Notes: generated by a model from the sequence alone, not told the origin. DNA of 64,000 nucleotides from Candidatus Omnitrophota bacterium (GCA_015233115.1 JADFYJ010000014.1:11028-75027); one strand, 5' to 3'. Positions 1-10,219 are shown, counted from the stretch's first letter. Numbers and translations: made by a program.

Positions 1-90
1 TATGGACTTTATTATGAGAGATTATAAATGATAAATGAAGGATGATGGACGATGGACGAAATAACGAATGATGGGAAAAACGATTGATGC

Positions 91-114
91 GGGCGATCGG
101 GAGATCGCCCCTAC
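91..114 (-). repeat. GTAG-type REP palindrome (family A)
   Basis: Reverse complement reads GTAGGGGCGATCTCCCGATCGCCC. Confidence 0.85.
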
Positions 115-145
115 AAAAAAAAAATAATTAAAAATTGTTGGTAAT

Positions 146-805
146 ATGTCAAATAAACATTTTTCTAAACGAATAAGTCCTTTCATCGGCACCAAACGTA
201 TTATTGTGCTGGCCGTTGCAATTATCAGCGGGTTTTGGGCGAAGAATAATATTATTGTGCATCATTCGGGCGGGCAAGTATCTAATAACCAATCGTACTA
301 CGATGTGAAACGGGTGGTCGACGGCGATACGATCTGGCTGGAAAATGGGGAAAAAATTCGGCTGGTCGGGATGGATGCTCCGGAAAGCCGGGAAAATGAT
401 AAGGCGCTTCGCGATAGTCACAGGACTGGGGCAGATTTGGATTCAATTGTCAAAATGGGGAAAAAGGCGACAGCTTTTGTGCGTGAACTGGTTGACCGCG
501 CTGGCAATAAAGTGAAGTTAGAATATGAAGTGGAACCAAAAGATAAGTATGGCAGGAGTTTAGCGTATTTATTCATAAAAATTCCGGGCGCGACTCCGGC
601 AACTGATCCGAATTTGTATTTTATGCCAAACTCGGATGAAATTTTTCTAAATGCCTCTATTGTTAAAAGCGGTTATGCCTCACCCATGACCATCCCACCG
701 AATGTGAAGTACAGCCATCTCATCGTAGACTTATTTAGAGACGCGCGTAAAAATAATCGCGGGTTGTGGGGGGAGCAGGACAATCTTTTATTTGGAAAAA
801 GATAG
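146..805 (+). CDS. Thermonuclease (staphylococcal nuclease-like, SNase) family protein with N-terminal membrane anchor
   Basis: SNase motifs VVDGDTI, IRLVGMDAPE, DKYGRSLAY and ARKNNRGLW; hydrophobic N-terminal segment. Confidence 0.92.
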   Translation: MSNKHFSKRISPFIGTKRIIVLAVAIISGFWAKNNIIVHHSGGQVSNNQSYYDVKRVVDGDTIWLENGEKIRLVGMDAPESRENDKALRDSHRTGADLDSIVKMGKKATAFVRELVDRAGNKVKLEYEVEPKDKYGRSLAYLFIKIPGATPATDPNLYFMPNSDEIFLNASIVKSGYASPMTIPPNVKYSHLIVDLFRDARKNNRGLWGEQDNLLFGKR

Positions 806-822
806 GTGATAAAGGAGACTGA

Positions 823-1935
823 ATGGTAATGACTTTTAATAAGAAACGAATGACTTTTAAGGATTTGGTTTCCTCAATTAAGTATGCACATCAGCAATTT
901 TTTGTGCAGGCGACGATGGCTGTTAATGTTTCTCTGACTTTGAGAAATTGGGTTATTGGCTGTTATATAGAAAAATACGAAAGAGTTGGGGTTGATAGAG
1001 CTCGCTATGGTGAACGGCTTATGGATGTTTTGGCAGATGATCTTACTAAACAAGGGCTCACTAGGTGTGATCGTAGGGAACTATATCGGTATCGGCAATT
1101 TTTTATTGCTTATCCTCAAATTGTGGAGTCACTGACTCCACAATTTTTGGTCGGAAAAAAATTACTCATAAAGGGGACTAAAAAGAAAGTGGAGTCGGTG
1201 AGTCCACAATTGATTAATTCAGGAAAGTTTTTAATAGAACGGCTTTCTTTTACACACTTGGCTGAATTGATCGAGATCAGTGATCCTCTCAAGAGAATAT
1301 TTTATGAACATGAATGTATTCGGGGTAATTGGTCTGTACGTGAGCTTAAACGTCAGATATCGACATTGTATTATGAGCGTTCTGGCCTTTCCAAAAATAA
1401 GAAAAAACTTGCCATATTCACTGCTAAAAAGGCGGAGATAGATAAGCCGGAGTTTGTGATCCGCGATCCGTATGTTTTTGAATTTCTTGGTATCAAGCCT
1501 AGGGAAGTTATGAGTGAGTCGCATTTGGAAGATGCTCTTTTAGATCGGTTGCAAGATTTTCTTCTTGAGCTCGGACATGGGTTTTGTTTTGAATCTCGAC
1601 AGAAGAGGATAATCATTGGCGGAGAACATTGTTTTGTCGACCTCGTTTTTTATCATCGAATATTAAAATGCCATGTATTGATTGAGTTAAAAACAGACGC
1701 ATTCAAACATGAACATGTGAGTCAGTTGAATACCTATGTCAGCTGGTATCAAAAATATTCAATGACACCGGGAGATAATCCTCCTGTTGGCATTTTGTTA
1801 TGCACAGGGAAGAATCATGCTATGGTCGAGTTTGCTCTGGCTGGTATGGATAATAAACTTTTTGTAAGAAAATATCAGTTGGAACTGCCTAAAAAAGAAG
1901 AAATTCAGAAGTTTCTGGAATCGCAAATTGAATAG
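823..1935 (+). CDS. YhcG/DUF1016 family PD-(D/E)xK nuclease domain protein
   Basis: Motifs WVIGCYI, LSFTH, WSVRELKRQI, IRDPYVFEFL, FLLELGHGF, DLVFYHRILKCHVLIELK, DNPPVGILLC; AAGGAG RBS upstream. Confidence 0.92.
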   Translation: MVMTFNKKRMTFKDLVSSIKYAHQQFFVQATMAVNVSLTLRNWVIGCYIEKYERVGVDRARYGERLMDVLADDLTKQGLTRCDRRELYRYRQFFIAYPQIVESLTPQFLVGKKLLIKGTKKKVESVSPQLINSGKFLIERLSFTHLAELIEISDPLKRIFYEHECIRGNWSVRELKRQISTLYYERSGLSKNKKKLAIFTAKKAEIDKPEFVIRDPYVFEFLGIKPREVMSESHLEDALLDRLQDFLLELGHGFCFESRQKRIIIGGEHCFVDLVFYHRILKCHVLIELKTDAFKHEHVSQLNTYVSWYQKYSMTPGDNPPVGILLCTGKNHAMVEFALAGMDNKLFVRKYQLELPKKEEIQKFLESQIE

Positions 1936-1958
1936 AAAAAGTTAAAAAGTTTCCAGAT

Positions 1959-4900
1959 ATGTCAAAACCTAACCTTAATTTCCAATTCCCCGAAGTCCGC
2001 GTGGTCGAAGCTTCCGCCGGCTCAGGAAAAACCTATGCTTTGGCTAAGCGCTATGTCCAATTGCTATTGCTGCCTAAGAATAGTTCTATTCGGGAAATCC
2101 TTGCCTTAACTTTTACTAATAAAGCGGCGTTTGAGATGAAGCGTCGTATTTTATATTTTTTGCGATCTATGGCGTTGGGTGTGATGCCAGCGGAGGAGTT
2201 GAATCTTATGATCGCTCCGGTGGGTATATCGCCGGAAGCGGCCCGTCTGCGCTGTGCGGACATTATGGATGACATTATTCGTAATTATGATTTTTTTCAG
2301 GTTGAGACGATTGATACGTTTATTAACAGCATGCTGTCCGGATGCGCGTTTAAATTGGGGGTCAGCGCGAATTTTAAAATTAAAACTCAGGCGCGGGATT
2401 ATTTGGAATTAAGCCTGGATCAATTGATTGACAGCGCGTTTGTGCATTCGCCGACCATGGATTTGCTCAAAGATTTTCTGCACAGTTATTTGTATATTGA
2501 AAACCGCAGCGGCTGGTTTCCTAAAAAGGATATGCTCGCGATCATTAATGATTTGTTCAAGGAGATCAATTCCCGTCAGGGACAGTTTGTGACTTCTCCG
2601 TTAAAAAGTGAAGCTTTGGGGGAATTGCGCGGAATTATTCTGGATGAAATGAAATTGCTTAAGCAGGCTTTGCCGTCTGGAATCGATAAACGTTTTGTGG
2701 TGAAACTGGATAAATTTCTGACTGATCACAAAAAAGGTTTTGATATCGACAGTGTCCCGGACTGGTTCACGCATGAAGATATTCCAGTTAAAAAAGGATC
2801 GGATGTCAGCGATGACGCGGATATGCTTTGGAATTTGATCCGTCAAAATTTACTACAAATGTGCGTGGATGAGGCGACCTCATTGTTCAATCCGTATGTG
2901 CATATTTTTAACGCGGCCTGGTCGAGAATCAATGATCTGGCCCGGCAGGAAGATTTATTATTTTTAAGCGAATTAAACCGCAGAGCCTCACAAATGATTA
3001 AGGACGGAAATATCACCATAGAAGAATTGGCGTTTCGTTTGACCAGCCGTTACCGTCATTATTTGTTGGATGAATTCCAGGATACCAGCCGCTTGCAATG
3101 GTCGAATGTGCATGGCTTAGTGCATGACACTTTGGCGCAAGGCGGGTCTTTGTTTTATGTGGGGGATAAAAAGCAGGCCATTTACCGTTTCCGCGGCGGG
3201 GATGTGACGTTATTTGATGATGTAAAGGAAGATTTTAAGCCGTTTAATGTGCAGGAAGAGCAGTTAAGCCGGAACTGGCGCAGCCGGCAGAATATTATTG
3301 AATTTAATAACCGTATTTTTTCCATGGCGAATTTAAACGCGTTCATTGACCGTAAACAAAAATTTGAAAAAGAACAGCCTAATAAAAAAAATCCAGTTAT
3401 TCTTTCAGACAAAGACCGGCATTTTTTAGAAAAAGTTTTCGGCGGGTCAGCGCAGGACATAAAAGCGGACCGGACCGGCGGTTATGTCCGTTTTGAGCAT
3501 ATTGAAGGCAAAGGCAAACTGGAACGGGAAGATGTTTTAAAAGAACAATTTTTTAAAGTTATTGAAGACGTGCGGCAGAGGTTCGAGCTGGAAGATATTG
3601 CGGTGCTGACACGGACTAACGGGCAAGCAAAGTTGATCACGGATTGGCTTCTGGAAGCGGAAATACCGGTTCAGTCTGACGTAACTCTGGATGTCACTCA
3701 GAATATTGTGATCCGCGATTTAGTTGCTTTTTTGAAATTTTTAAATTCTCCAGTCGATAATTTATCATTTTGCGCGTTTATTTTAAGCGGCGTATTTTTA
3801 AAAGCCTCAGGTTTGTCGTTTGATACTGTTCAGGAGTTTTTATCGTCCTTACGCGACAAGCTGGGCCGTAAAAGTGAAGTCGTTATTTATACGGAATTCC
3901 GTAAAGCGTTTCCTGAGGCGTGGGCAGGATTAATCGACGAATTTTTTAAAAATGTGGGATTGTATCCGGTTTATGAATTAGTCGTCACGATATACCGGAA
4001 ATATGATTTGTTGAATCGTTTTCCTGAAGTACAAGGATTTTTGATGCATTTTCTGGAACTGATTAAAAAACAGGAAGAAGAATACTGTGACTTGGGGATG
4101 TTCCTGGAATATTTTGAGGAAGTAGCTGGCGAGGACGTGTATGTCCATATCAGCAGTGGTAACGCGGTTAAAGTGTTGACTGTCCACAAATCCAAGGGGC
4201 TGGAATTTCCGGTTGTGATATTGCCGTTTTTAAGCATGGATGTGCAGGTGGGAGCGGGCAGCGCGGATAATAAGTTGTCGTATGTAGTGCAGGAGGCGGG
4301 CGATGCTTTGCAATTATTGCGTTTAAAAAGCAAATATTACGGCTATTCCGACGATCTTTACAATATTTACGCTCAGGAATATAAAAAAGAATTTTTGTCT
4401 GAACTCAACAGTATTTATGTGGCCTTGACCCGTGCTTCGGAAGAAATGTACGGGTTTATTCCTGCTAAAGTGGGCAACTCCCATAATTTGGCCAAGTTTC
4501 TTTTTGCTGATGATGGGCTGGAATTGGGAACAGTGACGGGACAAAAAATTATTACCAAGAAAAAAGCTGAAGAAGTTGTTATGCTGGAATCCCTGCCGGC
4601 ACAGGACTGGATCGCTTATCTGACGGATGAATTTGTGGCGATTGAAGAGATAAAGAACCGGAAAGAACGGGGGCGGGGTAAATTGATTCATGCGGTTTTG
4701 GCGCGGATTTCGGATTTGGGGCAGCAAAATTTTGATGAATTGGTTTCAGTTAAGGAAATAGATGCTGAGGAGCAGGATTGGAATGAGGCAGTCAATGTTG
4801 TGCGGGGATTGATAGAAGCTGGTAATTTTTCCAAATTTGTAAAGTTGGCTCCCGGCGAAACAGTCTTGAACGAACAGGAGATCGTTGATCATTATGGCCA

Positions 4901-5099
4901 TTCAAAACGGATTGACCGGATGGTGGTTAGAAAAGATTTTGTGGATGTCATTGACTATAAGTCTGGTGAAGAATACGCCGAGGAACAGCAGGAACAAGTG
5001 CGGCATTATATGACTTTGATTAAGACAATGTATCCGCAGAAAAAGGTGCGGGGATATTTGGTATATGTAGAAAAAAAGGAAATTGTTGATGTGCTGTAG
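1959..5099 (+). CDS. addA: AddA/RecB-like UvrD helicase with C-terminal PD-(D/E)xK nuclease
   Basis: Walker A ASAGSGKT, LTFTNKAA, LDEFQDTS, VGDKKQAIYRFRG, TVHKSKGLEF, YVALTRA; C-terminal RIDR..IDYKSG nuclease. Confidence 0.88.
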   Translation: MSKPNLNFQFPEVRVVEASAGSGKTYALAKRYVQLLLLPKNSSIREILALTFTNKAAFEMKRRILYFLRSMALGVMPAEELNLMIAPVGISPEAARLRCADIMDDIIRNYDFFQVETIDTFINSMLSGCAFKLGVSANFKIKTQARDYLELSLDQLIDSAFVHSPTMDLLKDFLHSYLYIENRSGWFPKKDMLAIINDLFKEINSRQGQFVTSPLKSEALGELRGIILDEMKLLKQALPSGIDKRFVVKLDKFLTDHKKGFDIDSVPDWFTHEDIPVKKGSDVSDDADMLWNLIRQNLLQMCVDEATSLFNPYVHIFNAAWSRINDLARQEDLLFLSELNRRASQMIKDGNITIEELAFRLTSRYRHYLLDEFQDTSRLQWSNVHGLVHDTLAQGGSLFYVGDKKQAIYRFRGGDVTLFDDVKEDFKPFNVQEEQLSRNWRSRQNIIEFNNRIFSMANLNAFIDRKQKFEKEQPNKKNPVILSDKDRHFLEKVFGGSAQDIKADRTGGYVRFEHIEGKGKLEREDVLKEQFFKVIEDVRQRFELEDIAVLTRTNGQAKLITDWLLEAEIPVQSDVTLDVTQNIVIRDLVAFLKFLNSPVDNLSFCAFILSGVFLKASGLSFDTVQEFLSSLRDKLGRKSEVVIYTEFRKAFPEAWAGLIDEFFKNVGLYPVYELVVTIYRKYDLLNRFPEVQGFLMHFLELIKKQEEEYCDLGMFLEYFEEVAGEDVYVHISSGNAVKVLTVHKSKGLEFPVVILPFLSMDVQVGAGSADNKLSYVVQEAGDALQLLRLKSKYYGYSDDLYNIYAQEYKKEFLSELNSIYVALTRASEEMYGFIPAKVGNSHNLAKFLFADDGLELGTVTGQKIITKKKAEEVVMLESLPAQDWIAYLTDEFVAIEEIKNRKERGRGKLIHAVLARISDLGQQNFDELVSVKEIDAEEQDWNEAVNVVRGLIEAGNFSKFVKLAPGETVLNEQEIVDHYGHSKRIDRMVVRKDFVDVIDYKSGEEYAEEQQEQVRHYMTLIKTMYPQKKVRGYLVYVEKKEIVDVL

Positions 5100-5154
5100 G
5101 GCTGTGGAATGCCGTGGCTGGTTTATTACAAAATATTTTCGTTTTTTTGTAGCA

Positions 5155-5252
5155 CTGCTCGCGGGAGCTTCCAGCACTACGCGGACATTGCGTCCTTGGT
5201 CGGCTGTTCGCGGGAGCTCACGGCACTACTGCGGACATTGCGTCCTTGGTCG
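5155..5252 (+). repeat. Two tandem ~49-bp units ending GGACATTGCGTCCTTGGTCG (third copy 21791-21839)
   Basis: Direct repeats seen in sequence; the last unit abuts a family A REP at both loci. Confidence 0.8.
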
Positions 5253-5378
5253 TAGGGGCGATCTCCTGATCGCCCGTACAATAAAGATTTAAAAATCTAT
5301 TATTCCGGGGTTTTGTTTTTGGTTTTGTATTGAAAAAACGAATATTTTGTAAGCGGGCGATCAGGAGATCGCCCCTAC
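5252..5378. repeat. Inverted REP doublet (REPIN-like), family A
   Basis: GTAGGGGCGATCTCCTGATCGCCC at 5252-5275 and its exact reverse complement at 5355-5378, with AT-rich spacer. Confidence 0.88.
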
Positions 5379-5418
5379 AAAAGCGAATAAAAAAAGGTCC
5401 GTCGTTTGGGTATAAAAT

Positions 5419-8220
5419 ATGACTGAAAAAAATAGAATTATTACTATTAGCTTCTGCGACCACTTTATAGAACGGTTGGCTGATCTAATCGTCGAACGGT
5501 ATAAACACTGCGGCTCTGATCTGCGCCGGGTGGCTGTCGTATTCGGAGGCAGGCGGCCGGCTTTGTTTTTGAAGGAGGCTTTGGCGAAGAGATTTAAGGG
5601 GAATTATTTCCCGCCTGCGGTGATTAAGATTGATGATTTGATGAAGGTTATCGTTGAGCAAAATAGTGTTTATGCTCCGGTTCAGGATATGGATGGCGCG
5701 TATTTGCTGTATCAGCTGGTTCAGCAGCATGCCCCGGAATTTTTAAGTCAGCGGCCGACTTTCGCGGAATTTTTACCGTGGGCGAAAGAAATTTCCGCGT
5801 TTATTGATCAACTGGATTTAGAAAATATTGATGATAAGAATTTAATGGATGTGAGCCTAAACGCGGAAATTGGGTTTGATGTACCGGAAGATATTAACGC
5901 GTTATTAAAATATTTAGGTGTGTTGCGCCAAAAATATCATGAAGCATTAAATGAGAAAAAATTATATTCGCGCGGAATGTTGTATCAAAAGGCGGCAGCC
6001 GACGCAGGCAGCGTAAAATTATCCCAATGGGATGAAATTATTTTTGCTAATTTCTTTTATTTGAATGCTTCGGAATTGAAGGTATCCCAAACTTTATGTG
6101 ATAACAAAAAAGCGTTAATGGTTTTTCAAGGTGACAGCCGCAAATGGCCGGTCTTGGAAAAATTGTCCGGGCAATTAAACGCTTCAATTGTCGAAGGCAA
6201 AGCAGTCGATGAGCCAAAATTTGAGCTTAAAATTTATGAAGCTTTTGATGCGCATTCGCAGGTTGGGTTTGTACGGAAGATTTTGAGCCAGACCAAAAAT
6301 TTAGAACGCACAGTCGTGGTTTTGCCTCAGCCGGACCACTTTATTCCTTTATTATCCGAAGTCGCTGGTTCAATCAAAGATTTTAATATTTCCCTCGGCT
6401 ATCCTTTAAAACGCAGTAGTTTATTTTCTTTGTTTGAAAATATATGTGAATGCCAGCTGTCCATGCAGGACGGCAGGTATCACGCGAAAGATTATTTAAA
6501 AGTCCTCATGCATCCGTTTGTGAAAAATTTGTCTTTGTCCCAGGGCCCGGCCGCAAACCGGATTATGGTGCATAAAATTGAAGAAGTGTTAACCGGCCAG
6601 ATTCCGACGGATATTTCCGGAAAATTATTTCTTACTCCTAAAGAAATTTTAGGCACGGAACAAATTTTTGACAGCGCCAGCCGCATGAACGCGAATCAAG
6701 GCGAGGTGAGCCTGGTTCAAGGATTGAAAAATGATTTGAGGCTGATTCATGAGCTGTTTATCGATGGTTGGAGTGATATAAAAACTTTTTATGATTTCGC
6801 GCTGAAAATCAGAACCGTGCTGGACGCGTTAACGGAAAAAAGTTTTCTTAAAAATTATCCGTTAAATATTAATATTGTTAACCGGTTGTATGAACTGACT
6901 GAGCAGTTTTTAAAGGCTGATTTTAACCGCGAAGAATTTTTGATCGAAGAAATTTTTAAAATATTTTATTCCAGCGTGGAACACGAAATCGTGGCATTTT
7001 TAGGGTCACCTTTAAAAGGCCTGCAGATTTTGGGTTTGTTTGAAACCCGTTCGCTGAATTTCGACCAAGTGATTGTCATGGATGCCAATGAAGGCACTTT
7101 ACCCCGTCTGGATTTGCGTTCCAATCTTATTCCCCGGGAAGTGATGTTAGGGTTGAAATTTGACCGGCTCAATATGGAAGAAGAGATACAGCGTTATCAG
7201 TTTATGCGTTTAATATCGTCCGCGAAACAGGTGCATGTGATTTATCAGCACAATAACGGCCATGAGCGCAGCCGTTTTGTGGAAGAGCTGATCTGGGAAG
7301 ATCAGAAAAAACATAAAAAGCTTGAAGCTTTGCCTGTGGTTAAAGGCGCGTTTACGGTTTGTGCGACGCGGGAAATTAAGCGCGTGAAAAAGACCAAGGA
7401 CGTTATCGCTTATTTAAAGGATTTCAAGTTTTCTTCATCCAGCATTAACACGTATTTGAGAAACCCCCTGGATTTTTATTATCAGTATGTTTTGGGCTTG
7501 CGTGAAAAAGAAGACCTGTTGGATGAAGTGGAAGCCAAAGAAATTGGAATTTATTTTCATTCTCTGCTGGAAGAAACCTTTAAGCCTTTTATCGGAAAAA
7601 CTCCGGTGATTGACCGCGCGTTTATGGAAACGTTTCAAAGGATCGCTGAGGAAAAATTCGAGGACCATTTCGGTAAAGCTGGCAGGTCAGCAAATTTTCT
7701 TTTAAAAACAGTCGTGGATGAGCGGATCAAACGGTTTTTAGAGAATGAGCGGTTGTCAGAGGACCGGCAGATTAAACAAATATTATTTTTAGAACAGCGT
7801 TTTACGCATGAAGTTCAACTTCCAGGGGGGAAAGTTCATCTGAATTATGTTTTTGACCGTATTGACGAAATGGCGGACGGCTCAATTATGATTTTGGATT
7901 ATAAATCCGGCGGGACAGATAAAATGCCTAAATCGATTGAGAATATGCGGGATTTGAGTTTTTCTCGTAAAGCCTTGAAAGATAACGTGCGTTCATTCCA
8001 GCTGCCATTGTATTTTTATTATCTGACCCAAAAATATCCGGGGCGCAAATTGAATGCGGCACTATACAGTTTACGCACCATGAAAAATTTTTACTTTATT
8101 ACAGACAAAATGGCGGATTTTTCTTATGATGACATTAATAAATTTTACCTGCAAGCATTAGATTTTGTGATCACCGAGATTCGTAACCCTCATGTGGAGT
8201 TTGAAGAAGATGTGGAATAA
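5419..8220 (+). CDS. addB: AddB-like subunit: inactive helicase fold plus PD-(D/E)xK nuclease
   Basis: GLQILGLFETRSLNF, NEGTLP, RSRFVEEL, FSSSSINTY, FDRID..ILDYKSG, FQLPLY; adjacent to addA. Confidence 0.82.
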   Translation: MTEKNRIITISFCDHFIERLADLIVERYKHCGSDLRRVAVVFGGRRPALFLKEALAKRFKGNYFPPAVIKIDDLMKVIVEQNSVYAPVQDMDGAYLLYQLVQQHAPEFLSQRPTFAEFLPWAKEISAFIDQLDLENIDDKNLMDVSLNAEIGFDVPEDINALLKYLGVLRQKYHEALNEKKLYSRGMLYQKAAADAGSVKLSQWDEIIFANFFYLNASELKVSQTLCDNKKALMVFQGDSRKWPVLEKLSGQLNASIVEGKAVDEPKFELKIYEAFDAHSQVGFVRKILSQTKNLERTVVVLPQPDHFIPLLSEVAGSIKDFNISLGYPLKRSSLFSLFENICECQLSMQDGRYHAKDYLKVLMHPFVKNLSLSQGPAANRIMVHKIEEVLTGQIPTDISGKLFLTPKEILGTEQIFDSASRMNANQGEVSLVQGLKNDLRLIHELFIDGWSDIKTFYDFALKIRTVLDALTEKSFLKNYPLNINIVNRLYELTEQFLKADFNREEFLIEEIFKIFYSSVEHEIVAFLGSPLKGLQILGLFETRSLNFDQVIVMDANEGTLPRLDLRSNLIPREVMLGLKFDRLNMEEEIQRYQFMRLISSAKQVHVIYQHNNGHERSRFVEELIWEDQKKHKKLEALPVVKGAFTVCATREIKRVKKTKDVIAYLKDFKFSSSSINTYLRNPLDFYYQYVLGLREKEDLLDEVEAKEIGIYFHSLLEETFKPFIGKTPVIDRAFMETFQRIAEEKFEDHFGKAGRSANFLLKTVVDERIKRFLENERLSEDRQIKQILFLEQRFTHEVQLPGGKVHLNYVFDRIDEMADGSIMILDYKSGGTDKMPKSIENMRDLSFSRKALKDNVRSFQLPLYFYYLTQKYPGRKLNAALYSLRTMKNFYFITDKMADFSYDDINKFYLQALDFVITEIRNPHVEFEEDVE

Positions 8221-10219
8221 TCCTAAATTGCGGTTCGTCTGTCAGATATTATTATTAGTTATTGTCGGTGTTTTAATCTATTCCAACAGTTTGCATTCAG
8301 ATTTTGTTTTTGACGATAAAATTTTTGTGGCGGGCAATCCTAATCTTCACAAGTTAACTGATTTTAAAGCGCTATGGCATTCTCAGCCAGGGTCATCACG
8401 CATTGTCGCTGTCATCAGTTTCGCGTTAAACTATCATTTCACAAAATTGAATGTGGTTGGATTTCATGCGACGAATTTGGTGTTCCATTTGATCAATGGT
8501 TTTCTCGTCTGGTGGCTCATTTGTCTGCTGTTTGAAACACCGGTATTAAAACGCCACCGGTTTTATGAATCTCGAAATGTTATCGCCTGGATCTGCGCGT
8601 TATTATTTGTTGTACATCCGTTACAAACTCAGGCCGTCGCTTATATTACACAAAGATTCGCGTCATTGGCTACTTTATTTTATGTGTTAGGTATGTGCTG
8701 GTATTTAGTGGGCCGCTTGAGCGGTCGAAAACGGTTTTATGTATTGGCGTGTGGCAGTACTGCTTTGAGCATGCTGACTAAAGAAATGGCCATGACTTTT
8801 CCTTTAATGGTCATCATGACGGAATGGGTGCTTTTTGAACATCAGCGGGTAGAATGGCGTAAAATGCTTTTTGGGGGCGCTGCATTATTAGGATTAGGGA
8901 TGATTGTTCCTGCGGTGATGAGGTTTAATATTTTTGCGGCTTTGTTTGACCCCAAGCCAGGGAATTCACATCTTTGGGATACGGTGATGTTTGAACCCTT
9001 TGTGATGACGCAGCTAAAAGTATGGGTAGTATTATTGGCAAAATTATTTGTTCCGATACACCAGAATTTGGATTATGATTTTCCATTAGTTAATAATTTT
9101 TGGCAAATGGATATTTGGGGCAGCGCCGTTATATTGATAGCGCTGCTCGTTTTCGCGGTGAAATACCGGCAGAAAAGCCCTTTAGTCAGTTATGGAATTT
9201 TTTGGTTTTTTGTGGCGATGAGTGTTGAGATGATCCCGCGTATGTATGTGATTTTCGAACATAAAATGTATCTGCCCATGGCAGGCTTAAGTATGGCCCT
9301 TGTCGGATTAAGCTGGGAATGGATTAAAAATAATAAAGCGCGTGGGATAGTTCTGGCTGGGGTTATTATTTTGTTTGGCGTTTTAAGCTATCATCGGAAT
9401 TTTGTCTGGAAAGATGAAGTGTCCTTATGGGGTGATGTGGTCAAACATTCTCCTAACAAGCCAACAGCGAATTACAATTTAGGGTGCGCGTATCAGGAAA
9501 AGGGCATGTTGGATAAGGCCTTATATTATTTTAATAGAACCGCAGCTCTTTCACGGTATGAATACAGCGCGCTGGTTAACCGGTCTATGGTGAGAGAACA
9601 ATTGGGCGATTCAGACGGCGCATTGGATGATTTGAACCGGGTACTCTTGATGAAAAATGATCAATTTGAGGCCTACAATAACCGGGGCACACTTTACGGG
9701 AAGCGTCAGGAATATGGCAAGGCGGTCATGGATTTGAGCAAGGCGTTATACCTTCGTCCTGAGTCCGCGGAAACGTATTATAACCGGGGGTCAGCTTTTC
9801 AAGTTTTGAATAAACTTCCTGAAGCGTTAAATGATTTTACGAAATCCATTCAGTTGAAACCGGATTATTCCCGGGCGTATATAAGCCGGGGGATTGTTAA
9901 TATGATGTTAGGCCGCGATGCTGAAGCTGGCCAAGATTTTACCACAGCCATAGAATTAGAGCCTTATTTTCCGAATTCGTACATGAACCGGGGGATTTTA
10001 GAAATGAAGCTGGGATATGCCAAACAGGCAGGCATGGATTTGAGCCGGGCGGTGGCCCTTAATCCCAATCTGGGAATGGCTCGGTATGATTTATTTCTTA
10101 TTTTTAAGTCTGTCGGTTTAAATGACAAAGCTGCTGAGCAGGCCAAGTATATTATCGAGCATAATCTTGACGTTGATGCGCGGTCAAAAGCAGAGATACA
10201 AAAATTTTTTATGAAGTAA
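8210..10219 (+). CDS. TMTC-like GT-C membrane protein (putative protein O-glycosyltransferase) with TPR tail, paralog 1
   Basis: FVFDD acidic pair after TM1, HPLQTQAV, TKE, EHKMYLP, about 10 TM segments, then TPR repeats (AYNNRG, TYYNRG); ATG 8210 overlaps addB stop (ORF track start 8192). Confidence 0.8.
   Translation: MWNNPKLRFVCQILLLVIVGVLIYSNSLHSDFVFDDKIFVAGNPNLHKLTDFKALWHSQPGSSRIVAVISFALNYHFTKLNVVGFHATNLVFHLINGFLVWWLICLLFETPVLKRHRFYESRNVIAWICALLFVVHPLQTQAVAYITQRFASLATLFYVLGMCWYLVGRLSGRKRFYVLACGSTALSMLTKEMAMTFPLMVIMTEWVLFEHQRVEWRKMLFGGAALLGLGMIVPAVMRFNIFAALFDPKPGNSHLWDTVMFEPFVMTQLKVWVVLLAKLFVPIHQNLDYDFPLVNNFWQMDIWGSAVILIALLVFAVKYRQKSPLVSYGIFWFFVAMSVEMIPRMYVIFEHKMYLPMAGLSMALVGLSWEWIKNNKARGIVLAGVIILFGVLSYHRNFVWKDEVSLWGDVVKHSPNKPTANYNLGCAYQEKGMLDKALYYFNRTAALSRYEYSALVNRSMVREQLGDSDGALDDLNRVLLMKNDQFEAYNNRGTLYGKRQEYGKAVMDLSKALYLRPESAETYYNRGSAFQVLNKLPEALNDFTKSIQLKPDYSRAYISRGIVNMMLGRDAEAGQDFTTAIELEPYFPNSYMNRGILEMKLGYAKQAGMDLSRAVALNPNLGMARYDLFLIFKSVGLNDKAAEQAKYIIEHNLDVDARSKAEIQKFFMK

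Noticed and set aside
5155-5252. Possible mini CRISPR array
   Set aside because: Only two adjacent units, the intervening sequences resemble each other rather than being unique spacers, and no cas genes are present.
5083-5463. Small ORFs 5083-5292 and 5218-5463, and similar ORFs at 21665-22078, 25902-26204, 38926-39297 and 41165-41419
   Set aside because: They span REP or tandem-arm DNA or overlap real genes, and show no protein motifs.
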